DNA of 64,000 bases, taken from NCBI GenBank assembly GCA_003427395.1, contig BFEA01000012.1:2391836-2455835 (forward strand). Direction: 5' to 3'. The stretch is from Chara braunii (lineage: Eukaryota; Plantae; Charophyceae). Shown piece by piece: positions 48,562 through 61,129 of the stretch (its first letter is position 1; every line of letters starts with the position of its first letter). The notes under the pieces were generated by a model. That model was not told the origin of the DNA. It saw only the letters and a program-made list of their open reading frames with translations, and did no database searches. The position numbers and the translations under genes were made by a program.

Positions 48562-49815
48562 ACTTTTTCTCATTTCTGTCGTACACACTCATTCCCTCCT
48601 CCATGTGACTGCGCCCTTGTCATCTTACTACTTATTTTTCTCCCTCTTTTTTTTTTTTTTTTTTTTTTTCCCTTCTTCTGCGTGTTTCTTTCTTCCTATA
48701 AATGATACGCTTCAATGAACTTTTCTTTGCACCCTAGCAGCAATCCGCCAATATCACCTCAATCCTTACCATTCAATCGGTAGGCTGACCATCACGGTAG
48801 GTGGTGTTCCTCCCTCTTCATCTTCTTCTCACTTTTCTTCTTTCTCCTTGCTGCATGCCATCTCTTTACATTGCGCCTGTTTCCTTTTCCTTGCAAGCGC
48901 AATCTCTCATGTTTTCTCCCTGTTATTGTTTTGTCTTCTTCTTCTAGTAACCGTGTTGCTTATACACCATAATCACCCAACATGTACATAGTTGTAATAG
49001 CAACCGATAATAAGTTATGATATAATAATAGTAATAATAATGATAATAACGTAATAACTGTAATCATAACTGAAGGTTGGAGAGTGTATAGTAGCTATCT
49101 TTCCGGTTTAATACATGATGAATGTATACAAGCTATCTTTCCGATCCGATACATTCATGAAGAAGGTGCATTCACCTCGGGGTTGGCGATCGGTACTTCT
49201 CATGGAGGTAAGGGTTGTGTCTCTCTCTTCCTCTTTCTTTCTCTTATTCTCCCTCTTACCTTTTCTTCTTCTTCTTCACCGTCATCGTCGTCATAACCGC
49301 TATCGGCAATCGCCGTAGTTGTTGCCGTAGTCGTCATTCCCTTCCTTCTCCTTTATGCAACCTCACATTCCTATGTGCGCATCTTTCTGTCATGCGCACA
49401 CTCACTTTATTTCCTCGAGTCGCTCTTCTTCTCGTCCTTCCATCCGCTTATACCCACACTTCTCCTCCTCGTAGTTGTGTCCCTCGCAACGGTCCTCCCC
49501 TGTCTGCTAGCTGTCCTAGCCTGTGCGTTTACCACATCTGCTCGTGCATTCTCTTTCTACTTCTGCTCGCACTTCTTTTTCACTCCTCCACACCCGCGTC
49601 TTACTCCTCTATGGACAAGCCACGTACAATCTTCCTTCACCCCCTACGTGCATTTCTCCTTCCTCTTCGCACACTTCTTTTTCCACATAGTCATCAGCTT
49701 GTCGTGCGCATCTTCCTCCTCCCTCCGCGATACCCAACTCCGTCAGCTCCACAGTGTCGACCAGTAGAAAGGAACTGCCGGCACGCCGACCGTGCCCTGT
49801 ACCTCGCGTCGTGTC

Positions 49816-52650
49816 TGTCACCCACGGGATGGAAGGTCGGGCTCCTATAGCCTGCAAGAAAAATGGGTTAGTCCAGATCCAAACAATGACCCCTGAAGTC
49901 GATTGAAGACACGAAGATGAGAGACTCACAAACCAACATCCGGGAGAAACAATATATGTATTTCCATCTAGTTTAAAATAATAGGGTCTGTTGCGTTTTC
50001 TCGGCTTGTCCCAGTTCCTGAAACAGGTCCCGCATCCAAAATAGAAAAATCAGTTTGAGTCCCGACTGATCTCACTAACAGTCTATGACAGATTCTTCGT
50101 CCGATGGGGTGACGTCAGTAACAAGCTCGCTGATCCCAGGGAACTGTGCTCGAGCTCTCTGTGTCAGAGTTAGATTCTCGGGTCCACTGAGGCCATAACA
50201 CCAAATCTAGTTTCACCATAAGTCCATTGTGGCACCGATCCTTCTCGAATAAGTCTCTGACACACTCCTCGTTAGCCCTCATCCCGTCCTTTGGACCCTC
50301 AATCTGCCTCGGTCCCGTCTCTGACCAACAAACGTCATGACTTGGTTTCTAATGTTTCGGTGCAGCTCCGAGAATCTCGATCTGACACAGAATTCCCAAC
50401 CTGTTCTTTGACGTTTCGGCCTGGTCACTAATGTCTTGGTCGGGTCCCGAAATCTCTAGTCTGGTTTGAAAGTCCCGAACTGGTCCCAAGTGTCCCAGGT
50501 CGATTCGAAGGTGCCCTGACTCAGCCCACACGTGCCTGTCTCGTCTGAAGTCATGACCCGCCTCGGAATCTGATCCGCTCACAGTTTCAATCCGGCTCGA
50601 AGCCCCGAGCTATAATCCTGGTTCGTGCTCGGATCCTGCCCCAAAATCCTGATTCCGACTGAACCCCGTTTTCGTTTGAAAACCCAGTCTCGCCAAATTT
50701 CTGGTCCCCTCAAAGTTTTGGGCCCATCAGAGTCCCGCCTGGTCCCGATTGAGTTAGACCCCGTCTGGCGTAGATCAGGCTAGATCCCACTTGGCCCCAA
50801 TCAGCCTGGGTCCCATAGGTTCGTACCCTCAGACGTCCGAACGCGTCCCAAGGGCCCAGTTCGGGCTCGAAGCCCAGTTCCTCCGAAGTGCCCCCGCCTC
50901 TCTCATCGGGCGCACGTTGGAGTGCGTGATGCGCCTAACCGCGCGGGCGTGCGCGTTGATGGACACGACGTATGAGCTCGTGTGCGCGTCGGTACATGCG
51001 TCCTCCCCGACTCTCGACTGCGCTAAGCGCGAGTTCACGTCAGTGCACTCAGCAGTGCGCGGCTATGGACGTTGTACTTGTCCGAACCCGTTCTCGCAGG
51101 TGCGTGTGCGTTCCGGCGGAGCCCCTCCGCTGCTGAGCGCCTGTACACGTAAATGCGCGTGCGCACGCGAGTATGCGCGTGGCTGTGTGCTCTGCGCTTG
51201 CTCAACCTCGTCCGTGTGGATGCGCATACATTCCGGTGGAGACCTTTCCGCTGCTGTGCGGGTGTGTACGTGTGTGCGCATAGCTTCTTGCGCCTCTAAT
51301 CCCGACTGGTCACACGTACGCATGTTCACGCACGCTGTGTTTGCCTAATCTCATTTGTGTGCGCGTGAGCTTGCGCCTGCACGCGGCAGCCCGATCCCGA
51401 CTTCGCACGGACATGAGCGTGGCTGCGTGCTCTACGCTTGCTACGCGTGCGCGCGTAGCTTCTCATGCCTGTAATCCCGGCTGCTCACACATATGCGTGG
51501 TCGCGCGCGCTGTGCTTGCCCGATCTTGTCTGTGCGCGCGTGAGCGTGCGACTGCGCGTGGCAGCCCGATCCCGACTTAGGCGGACGTGCGCGTGGCTGC
51601 GTGCAATCGCGCGCCTCCCCGCCGCACTCTGCGTGTGTGAGCGTGCGACTACGTGAGGCAGCCCGATCCGCGCGGCTGTGCACGGTTGTGCGCGTGGCCG
51701 CACGCGATCGAGCGCCTTCCTGGCCAACTCTGCCCGCTCACCTGCTCAACTGCGCGAGGCAGCCGATCCACGCGGCTGTGTGCGGTTATGCGTGTGGTTG
51801 TGCGCTTTCTCGCCCGACTTTGTGCGTGACTGTGTGCGCAGCCCGATCCACGCGGTTGTGCGTGGTGTGCACCAGCGCGCACGAGTTCGCCGCTGCGCGC
51901 GGCAACCTGCACACGATCCCAATAGTGCACCCGAACACCCGCATGGCGGGCATGTGCGAGGTAACGCGCTTCAAACGATTGGGCGCAAGTGCGCGCTGTG
52001 GAGCGTGGCTCAAGACACCCAATATCGTTGGTCCTCACGCGGCTATGGCTATCCCCCTTTCCCCTTCATTCATGCCTGGCTGTTCACTCCCCGGTACGTC
52101 TTCTCCACTGGTACGTCCCAATGTGCAACTCCTATAGTGCGCTCATAAGTGCGCTTGTCCGAAGTGTCGTGCGCTTGTAAACACACATCTCCGAAGTGTT
52201 CGTTATATCCCTCGCCCTCGAGCTTTCCAAGTGTGTGTGTAAGTTCGCATGTCGGAAATGTCATGTCCTTGGCCTTAGTTGGGCTTATAAAGTTTGTTGG
52301 GCCCACCTCCACCAGGCTCCAGCAGTCCAGTGTGTCGCCGGAGTCAAGAGCTTTGCAGCGCCCCGGTACTGTGGCACTCCCCGAACCTAAGCCCAGGTCT
52401 ATTTGGGCCCCCGAAAAGGTTTTTCGAAGAAAGGGGTCTTTCTGTCGTGTACCGGGCCTTTTGCAGCGCCCTACTACCGGGCCTCATCCGAACCTAGCCG
52501 TGAGCCTGCCTAGGCTCTAGTGAGGCCCACAAACTCTCGTAGGGCCTCACCCACTGAAGTAGCGGACTTGTTAGTCCGAGAGCCCTTTTTTCCCGCTTCA
52601 AGCCCTTGATTAGGACCAAACGTCAAGGTTCCAAGCGGGGCTGCTTAACA
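49816..52650 (-). mobile_element. ~2.8-kb 3' LTR of an LTR retrotransposon (probably Ty3/gypsy)
   Basis: Minus strand: PPT aaaataaggggaaaa directly followed by TGTTAAG; plausible end ...cgtgggtgaCA; TATA-like tttataa at ~52285-52291; internal gcagcccgatcc repeats. Left boundary inferred; no partner LTR in the window. Confidence 0.6.
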
Positions 52651-52665
52651 TTTTCCCCTTATTTT
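52651..52665 (-). other. Polypurine tract
   Basis: aaaataaggggaaaa abutting the LTR TG. Confidence 0.65.
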
Positions 52666-53412
52666 GGCTGCACGGTGAACCTCGGTGCTTCCGCGGCTTA
52701 TCTCGCCGGAGGGGTTATCTCAAGGTTTCAATCCCGCTTCTCGATTCGGTTACCGTCCGTCCTTTGAGCATTAATCCAGCGTTCTCGCGCCCAACCTTTT
52801 TCGGAGCCTCCGGCGTTTCTTCTGTAGTCGATCTGCTTTTATGGTATGCGAGTCATAAGCCTCGATAGTTCCCACAAGAAAATGCCCACCCAGAATTGAA
52901 CGCCCGATTTCTTCCGGACGCCCAGGTCTTGATGCCCACGGCGCGGGTCTGAAGTCAAAATTTCTTGAAGTCGATTATGCTCCCATCAGACAAAACCCTC
53001 GAATCCAGTTCCTGTCAACGTTATTATCAAGGAAGTAAAGGGCGGCGTAAGGCTGGAGCCGCCCGACAACGGTAGCAATCTGCGATGTTCTGGTACGGCC
53101 AACAAGTTCTCGACCGGGGTGAAGTCGACTTGCAATAGTCTGACTGAATCAACACTTGATAGCAAGTTAGAGTCATTGTATTGAACATGTCAATTTTGTG
53201 TCATAAAATGAAAAAGGACAAAAATAAAATAAAATAAAATAAAACAAAAGCAATAAAAATTCAATAGAAAAAAAAAAAAAAAGATAACGAAAACAGAATC
53301 TAACTACTACCATGCCCATGATGCCAACTACCATACACATTCATTTCCAAAAGAAAGGTAGAATTCAACTACAACAGTTGTCACAACTAACTAACAAATA
53401 AGAGAGTCAGCA

Positions 53413-53601
53413 ACCCTAGCTCGATTGATTAGGCATGTACGTGGCATTCAAGAGGTTTTGGGTTCAATCCCCATTGGCCTCGTGCATCGTCATGGGCAAG
53501 CTTGACACCCACTACCTAGAGATATGTCGTTGGTCCCCCCCCACAAGTGGCACTGAGAATAAACTGCTGATGTTTATAGCGGGGAGGGGATCCGAAAAAA
53601 A
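53413..53601 (+). mobile_element. tRNA-derived SINE-like element
   Basis: tagctcgattga (A-box-like), gggttcaatccc (B box), ~120-bp body, terminal A-run. Confidence 0.55.
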
Positions 53602-54004
53602 CACAGACTGAGAAGACGACTGATTTCTTATTTATTTTGTCGTTGGAACGAATGCCTGGTTGAGATTTTCGCTTTCTGCTAGTTTTCTAAGTTTGTATAT
53701 GCATGTGTTTGTTGGTCAGGGTGTTTGTGTTCAAGGTCTGTGTATGTGTATGCTTGGTAATTTGCATGCTTGTCTTAGTGCTTGTCGGACAGAGTGTGTG
53801 TGCGACGTATAAGTCTATGTGCCCGTCTGAGTGCCTATCAACCTGAGTATGGGTGTGACCCGCAAGTTTATGTGTCCGTCTGAGTGCCTATCGACCTGAG
53901 TATGGGTGTGACCTGCAAGGGCACCTGTTTGTTTGAGAGGCCCCGCATGTCAGGTACTTACCTGTGGTCCTTACTTTGGGTGTTGCGACGAGAAAACACT
54001 TAAG

Positions 54005-54365
54005 CTACGTTGCAAAACGTACACGTATAAGACCTTTTCATACGAAACATATAGGTAATATCTGTATGGGATCTGTACGGGAATCTGTACAGGAACCTGT
54101 ACGTTTTCTACGCCCCCGTACAGAAAAAAAAAAAAATCATCAAAAATATCCGAACAAACAAAATGTGATGCCACAACACAAAACAAGCAACGTTTGGTTG
54201 AGCATCATCTGCAAATTCTTACTAGAATTTAAGGAAAAAAATAAAAATAATACCGGATAAAAAATAAATAAAAAAAGTTATACGGGGCCCCTAACGTACA
54301 AGTAGTGTACGAGTACAAAAGAACAAATCCGTACTCGTACGAGGGTGCGTACAAGTGGCAACGCA
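54005..54365 (+). mobile_element. hAT-type MITE with 8-bp TSD
   Basis: cacttaag at 53997-54004 and 54366-54373; ends ctacgttgc / gcaacgca; cgtac subterminal repeats. Confidence 0.85.
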
Positions 54366-57071
54366 CACTTAAGTAGCAGGTACAGACCTGCGACATTGAG
54401 ATCAAAAGGGAAAAACACTCAGGTAGCAGGTAGACTGGTGACACTTAAATAGCGGTAGATGTGTTGGGAACCGGCCGCCGAGCAGAAAATGACAAAAGTT
54501 AGCATTTTTAGAGATCTAGTAGCGGTAGGTAGGCGGGTATAAGTCTAAGTAGCTTGTGCCTGGGCCTGTGCGGACGATATCAAAGCTTGCAATGATGTTT
54601 TTCCCCGAAAGGGAGGAGGTATCGGTTGCTTGGACCGGCCGAGCGGTCGGGGAGTTACCGCCCAAGAGGCAAATACCTTGCTTCATATGGGAGACCACTT
54701 GAGAGTCTCGGCCTTACTTGCGGCATGAAAGTTTCAGCGACATGCCAATTCAGTAGTCGCTAGCATTCATGGCATTACGGCTAACCCGACAATCGCATAC
54801 TCTTAATAGCTGCGACCATTTGGGTGAGGGCGTATATTAATTGAGCTCAGCTAACGTACTCGACACTTGAAGTTTTCGTGTGTGTCATAGGTATACCCAA
54901 TACAACACTAACCCATTCCACCCCTCGACCTCCGCAGTCGAGGAGTTTATAATATTTTTTAGGCTCCTTAATTTTATTTGCACGATGTGTCAAGGCACAT
55001 ACGTCATCCTTTTAAAGCTTGGTTATTTCTCCGCTACCAAGGTAGGTTCATAGGCCTAGTTTTAGTGAACTAAATCCTCGACATATATAGCCGAGGGGTA
55101 TTACTACTAATCATAACCATCGCGCATCGAAATAACACATGCATGTACTAACCAATCTCTTATTACCGTTTCGCCTCGACCTCAATTGATCGAGGAAATT
55201 GTCTCAAAGTGTCAGGCAAAAGTGCGCACACTCTTAGCTTCAAACCGTCTCCGTCATATTAGCTTCTTCCATCGCTCTGTCGATTGTAAAAACATGGTTA
55301 AATACCTTTATAAGGGTATTTAGTCCGACAGTGTGACAATCGTACCTTACATGGGAGACTTGTGGAAGGTCGTTGTTTGATTGTTCATTGATACAACTGA
55401 GGTTGTTCTTCTTTTGAACTGTTGCGGTTTGTACTCATCACCTCAATTTGGGGCCAAGTACTTTTCTTATTATTGTAGTGGTTGTCACTACTGGTTGAAC
55501 CCAGGTACCAAGACGACGAGACCCGAACACAAGGGGAAAAAAGTTGGTAATAGACACGAGGAGGGGAGAAAGAAGCTCACTTGCAGGGAAGTCCGTTCTG
55601 GCCAATTGAGTGTTATCTCGTGGCGTAGCTGCCCACGAGGAGAGGCCGTTTTGAAACTTATCAAGACCATACATAAGAAGGTTTGCCGCTCCTTGTCATT
55701 GTCATTAGCGATGAGTACTGTCGCACAATGGCCTGTTGCTGCTCGGGAGGTTGCGACTGAGTATTTAAGATTTTTGCGTTCATAACAAGACTAAGCTTGT
55801 GGCTGAAATGCTCAACTCGAGTCGGTGATACGTAGTCTGTGTTTTTGAAGTCAAGTCTGTGCGTAAATAGTGGCAGTCAGTACTTTCTAGTGGACCACTC
55901 TCTTTGTTTCTTGGACAGACTCCGATACTTTGGGATGCAGTTGATGAGATACTACCATGACCGAACAATAATTGGAGTCAGCATTAGGTTTGCTGATAAG
56001 ATTCTGCCAGTTGGTTGTTGATGTTTGAATTTGAAAGGAATGTTGTTGATTGAAGGGTGCAGCCGCTGACGACGACAACAAGGTTGCTGCTAAGACACTT
56101 CTGGTGTTAGCGGCAATAACTGTAAATCTAAATGGTTTGCTTAATACTAATTCATAAACATCGGGTTGAAAATAGCCGTTATTGTTGGGATTTGTACATG
56201 TGGTGATTTTGAGCCTTCGATTGGCCGTCATTGCGGGGCCCTTATGAAACGAAGACACTAAGGCCCTCCCCACGCGAGTCTAAGTGAACCTCTTGCTGAA
56301 TCTTAAGAGACTAACTTCCCTTCATTTATCCTTCTCACTCTCAGTTTAATCTGTTGTTCGTGAGAGGAAATCAGCAGGTGGGATTGCAACCCACAAGACC
56401 ACGACAAGACCTTGTGGGAGGTCATCGCACCAATTGTGGGAGCTCTGTCGGAGTCAAGGCGGGGTTATGAAGGCATGGGACACTCATGTATAAATTTCGT
56501 TTTACACGAGTGGTACCGTATTCCCCTAACTCTACTACCTTCTATCTTTGACTGGGAGTATGATTGAAATTACTTACTTTTTTTCTCTGTCTTATTTCAA
56601 GTTTTATTATGAACTAAACGAAATGATATTTGCGAAAAAGCTAGATTATTTATCTATTTGAACTGGGAAAAAGGAAAAGGGGGGAGGCGTGAGGAAGGTG
56701 TTTTGCATGCATTTGACCGGGTCAACCAAAGGCCGAATCACTCTAAGTTGAATGGTCATGTGCTATGTTTTTTTTTTGTATGTTTAACTGTATGCACGAC
56801 CTTTGAAGACTGGGCCTATCCTAAGTATGACAGTCCAGTCACTTCTTTCTTTTGGGGGTCATTCAACAGGAGGACGAACATCCTAAGTTAAGAGGCTCAG
56901 ATTCCTGATGTTTTTTTGGGTTGTCAAAACAGAACTGAAGACATTCTAAGTTGTGTGAACCCAGTTCTGTGTGTTTGTTTCTGAGAGGGACAACGGCATG
57001 AGATTAGGCGTACCCCTAAGTTGGGGCGGCCGAATCGTAGACTATGAATTTAACAGTGAACCAAAGTATAA

Positions 57072-57075
<4 letters not shown>

Positions 57076-57156
<81 letters not shown>
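57076..57156. repeat. (TA)n microsatellite
   Basis: Direct reading. Confidence 0.95.
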
Positions 57157-57158
<2 letters not shown>

Positions 57159-57541
57159 AGGTTACCTGACCGAACGTTTGGGGGGCCCCGGGCTGGCCCC
57201 CGAACGTTCGGGCGTTCGGGGTCCCGTTCGGGGGCCGAACACCTCCAGGTTCGGCCCTCGCCAAAAACCATTTCGAACCCTAAAAATAAGTTTTTTTTTC
57301 TGAATTGTTTTTTGTGAGTTCTCTATGATGTAACCTACACTGGAGTTTAGGAGCGAGAGCTGATGTCAGCAATCCGAAATCAGCAATACGCAAAAACACA
57401 CGCACGTCGCCAGAAGCAACAGGCAAAGTGTGAAACTCGGAAACTTGGAGTTAAAGGAACTCTTCGGAAGAAAAATATTGAAGAAAAAAAAGTTCTTCAT
57501 AGCCACAGTCTCTAAGAGAGAGAAAGGGCTATGGCTGGCAT

Positions 57542-57588
57542 CCCTCTACCGGTTTCAGCCGGAGCCAGATCCGGCCTCATCAGGAGGG
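57542..57588 (-). ncRNA. Minimal type I hammerhead ribozyme
   Basis: CCCUC CUGAUGA GGCCGGA ucuggc UCCGGCU GAAA CCG GUA GAGGG: stem I, intact core, stem II, short palindromic stem III (ACCGGU), GUA cleavage triplet. Confidence 0.9.
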
Positions 57589-58251
57589 CAAATAACTCCG
57601 AGTGAGAGTCTTGTAGCGCTGCTTGGTTAAATACTAAATCTCCTCCAAGTTTCCACCGTAGTCAAGAGTATTTCTTCAAAACTTTTTACCTAGTCACGCG
57701 CAAACCCTCAAAGGAAAAGTCGAGAGTAGCGTCAACTAATTCAGGCCCAACACGTTTAATCCACGTCGAAGTAATAACCGGGAGACTAATTTTGTCTTTA
57801 CCGAAAAAGTCGGCCTAAAATCCACAAAAATCCGCAGAAGGATATATCGTGGAGATATCTCAGGCCCTAGCATTCGCGCGGAATTTTATTTTACCATATT
57901 TTCGCAAGAAAAAACAATTTAAACAAATAGACAAAGGTCTACAAAAAAGCCTCGAAGCGTAATCTACAGGAGATCGTAGGAATCCTCTGCAGAAGAAATC
58001 TACAGACTACACAGATTTAACATTTAAGTCGTGAGATAAAAAACTCCTAAGCCCTGGTAGTCGGGAGTTCCAAGCTGGTGAGAGACCCGACAAAAAGTGA
58101 CATAGATCGACCACGGCGGCAGAGCAGTATTACTGTCGCAATACAGCAGTCATAGACCCGATTAAATGCGGCAAGTTACAGCCGAGAAAAAATACTCGAA
58201 AAAATATTAAATAAATAAACTAGTAAAAAGGCGTCGAAGATATAGGGAAGC

Positions 58252-61129
58252 TTACCATCCACAGTATCTGTCTCCCCATACCTTCCAGGACGGCGCACGT
58301 CTTCTGATAAATTTCCGAAGGCAATCTTCAAAATCTCTCGTGGGGTAGTTCTGCAAACGAAGGAGTCTTTTTAAGGTAAGTATTCCTAACCCAGCCAGCT
58401 CCTCGTCAGAAGTCATACGATAAATCATGTGAAGACAGCAAGTAATAACCGCCTTCTTTTGTGGAATAGACGAATACGAGGAGAAATCTTAAATCGTTTT
58501 AAAGGTAAGTTTATTCCCATCCCAAATTTCTTTGTGATTTATATGCATAAGCTGGGTCGTCACTTTTCTCCTACCTTCGATCCTGATCTTGGTTTTCAAA
58601 AATTCCCATTCGTCCTTACCATCGTTTGTTCTTTCAAGCGATAATGCGTTGTCATAAGCGGAGGAGAAGAGACTGATGATGTTTCGTGCCTTCATACTAT
58701 TATCCTTCTTATTATCCCAGACAAAGATCGAGACGTCATCCATTAGGCGCATACCTTTAATCAAACTTTGTTTAGTTCCTAATCCGGACAGGAAACAGTA
58801 TTCATTATAGGCGCAGAGGATACAAGCGAGGGGGGGGCTTGTACTCTTGCCCATAGGAATACCAGTTATCTGTCTGATAAGTCGGTCAGCAGCCACAACA
58901 TAAGTGTTACGTAGTTCATATTCGATAAATTTCTAAAATTGTACTAAAATCCACAAGAAGCCAATGGTCCTTACTTTTAGTTATAGAGAAGGAAGTTCTT
59001 TTTCCCTTCTTTTTAATGGAAAGCGAACTTTTTCCTTTATCTTCGTAGAAACGAAGTATCCAGTCTAGTGCTACCAAAATTGAGGTATGAGGGAGTTTAC
59101 TAAACATTTCTTTAATGTCGAAGGAAGCGCATAGTAGATTGCCCTCTTTTTTCTTATCTATCCAGTTGTTAACCTCTGTAATTTTACGAGTAAGCATATC
59201 GGTAGACTTCAGATTAAAATGCAAGCTATTTGGTAGAGCAAAAAGCAGATGGTTAAGTGCGCGTGCCATACGGCTACCGGCCGATCGCGTGGGTTCAGAG
59301 AAAGAAGGGCTAATAGGGCGAAACTTACATAGATCCTTGTTTTTTGGAATAATGTACGCTCTTCCGCATTTCCCTGAGCCGTCACATTTTCCTAAACACG
59401 ATAGGTTATCTTTTTTATACTCAAATTCATTCTTAGTTAAAGTATCGGGTTCGGATCTTCATTCGACAGTGAAACTCTTACTTCCCAAAAAAACATCCTT
59501 CATGTTAATGGCATACAGATCAGGGAACATAATAACTGTTTCAGCAGGGGTTTTGTCAACAGCAGTTAGAACGAAATCCTTTTTCAAATTTATCAGCAAG
59601 TCGAGAGAGTGTTGATCGTAGTTGCCAGGGATAGGTTGGGAATTAAAGCGGATCGATAAATCAGCAGATTTTAAGGGCGTGTTCACCCCCATCTTGGGAA
59701 GAGCATCATTGAGTTAAGAGAGGACTCTCCTCAGGCTATCCTTATGATTAGGTAAGAGAATATTCTTAGCGTTTTTAACGAAGAAATTTAACTCCTCCAG
59801 TTCGCTTACTCTGCAAAGCACGTGTCCCTCCTTTTTCGGGAGGTCTGAACGGGCACAGTTACAGTAACCCACCGGGTTTTGCGCAGCAATCCGGTGGTTA
59901 TGAAGAAAATCAGCCACTGATCGGTTTTTTCGCCAGACAGTTCAGATCTTCTTACACATGAAAGCAGCTTCTGCGAGCGGAAGGCAGTTCAACAGGTGAT
60001 CAGTTACAGTTTTCCTAAGGGATTTCTTATTTAGTCCTACATCGTAGGTAATAGAAACGCAATGATTACGACGGGTATTAAAGCCGAATTTTTTCCACAG
60101 GACACCTCCAATTACGTCACGCATATTACTACGACAGATATCTTTATAAAACAAGTCTTTTGCTAAGAATAATTCCAACAAATCTTCCGAGGAGGATTTG
60201 TAGAGTTTCTTCTTAGCCCACAGATTCTTGAGTAATTTATGCAATTCTCCTTTCATAAATTTATTTCTTTTTGACAGAGTGCCCTCTTTCAGGTCAATGA
60301 TAGTAAATTATCCTCCCTTTTCCAGGTCCTCCTTAAGCTCGTTCAGTGTAATAGTCGAGGTTTTATAGGTGAAAACACTCTGACCTATTTCTCGTAATAC
60401 AACTTTCCACGGGTGAACCCAAAGGTTCCCTCCTGATGAAGAGATTAGTTTTTACCGTTCAAAGCAGCTGTACAGATAGAGGTAAGGCTGAATGATTCAA
60501 AATCACCAATCTTGAAGATGATAGGACGTTCCTCAGGGAAATTAGTGCATCTAGATTTCTTACGTTCCTTTCTTTCTTTTCTGTTTTTTTTCCGGAGGTA
60601 CGTTTCTTACAGCGCGAATTCAAAGTAGGGTTCCATCTCTTAATAAGTAACTTTTCAAGAATCGGTAATTCTGTATTGGGAGAGCTACATAGTTCTTAAC
60701 GCCCCTGTTTCATAACCAACTGTAGAGTTTGGAGTTAGCTGCCTGAGGATTGTTAGTTCGATAAACGTGTTCCTTTCATCGATCATGCAGTGTTCGCGAT
60801 GTTTGCCCAATATAAGTGGCGCGACACTCAGGGTCAAGCAGGACGTAGGTACAGGAAGTAGGATTAAGCCATCTATCTAGGTCGTTCTCAATCAAGTAGA
60901 TTCAATAATTAAGAAATTTTGTTCCCCAGTTTATCTCCCCCCTGAAGACAAGAATGACAATGCATAGTCTAAGGATCCGTTCTATAGACAGACGACAGTC
61001 GTACAGGTCAGCATTAGTCTTATAAGCTAGTTGACAATAAAGATTCAAATAAAATCTAAGGTCACTCCATACGTCATTCCTTGGACGGATCCTGGACGTC
61101 CATCTGATTAGTTGGTGTTCTTGGTCCAC
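58252..61129 (-). pseudogene. PLE ORF2: GIY-YIG endonuclease + reverse transcriptase
   Basis: CTYVLLDPECRATYIGQTSRTLHDR*KEH...LEKLLIKRWNPTLNSR (~60613-60855); VLTAVDK; ASFDIKEMFSKLPH; RQITGIPMGKSTSPPLAC; RLMDDV; EFL; thumb SSYSSIPQKKAVI...QNYP; multiple stops and frameshifts. Confidence 0.92.

Noticed and set aside
50791-52520. Multiple 60-185-aa ORFs
   Set aside because: GC-rich repetitive LTR interior; open in many frames with no domain.
57355-57385. Second hammerhead in the terminal repeat (ctgatgt...cgaaa)
   Set aside because: Core is CUGAUGU rather than CUGANGA, it is on the antisense strand, and there is no stem II.
60690-60790. In-frame TGA as selenocysteine (as in some Naiad PLEs)
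   Set aside because: The TGAs fall at positions better explained as TGG/CGA decay, not conserved Cys; the ORF also has TAA stops and frameshifts.
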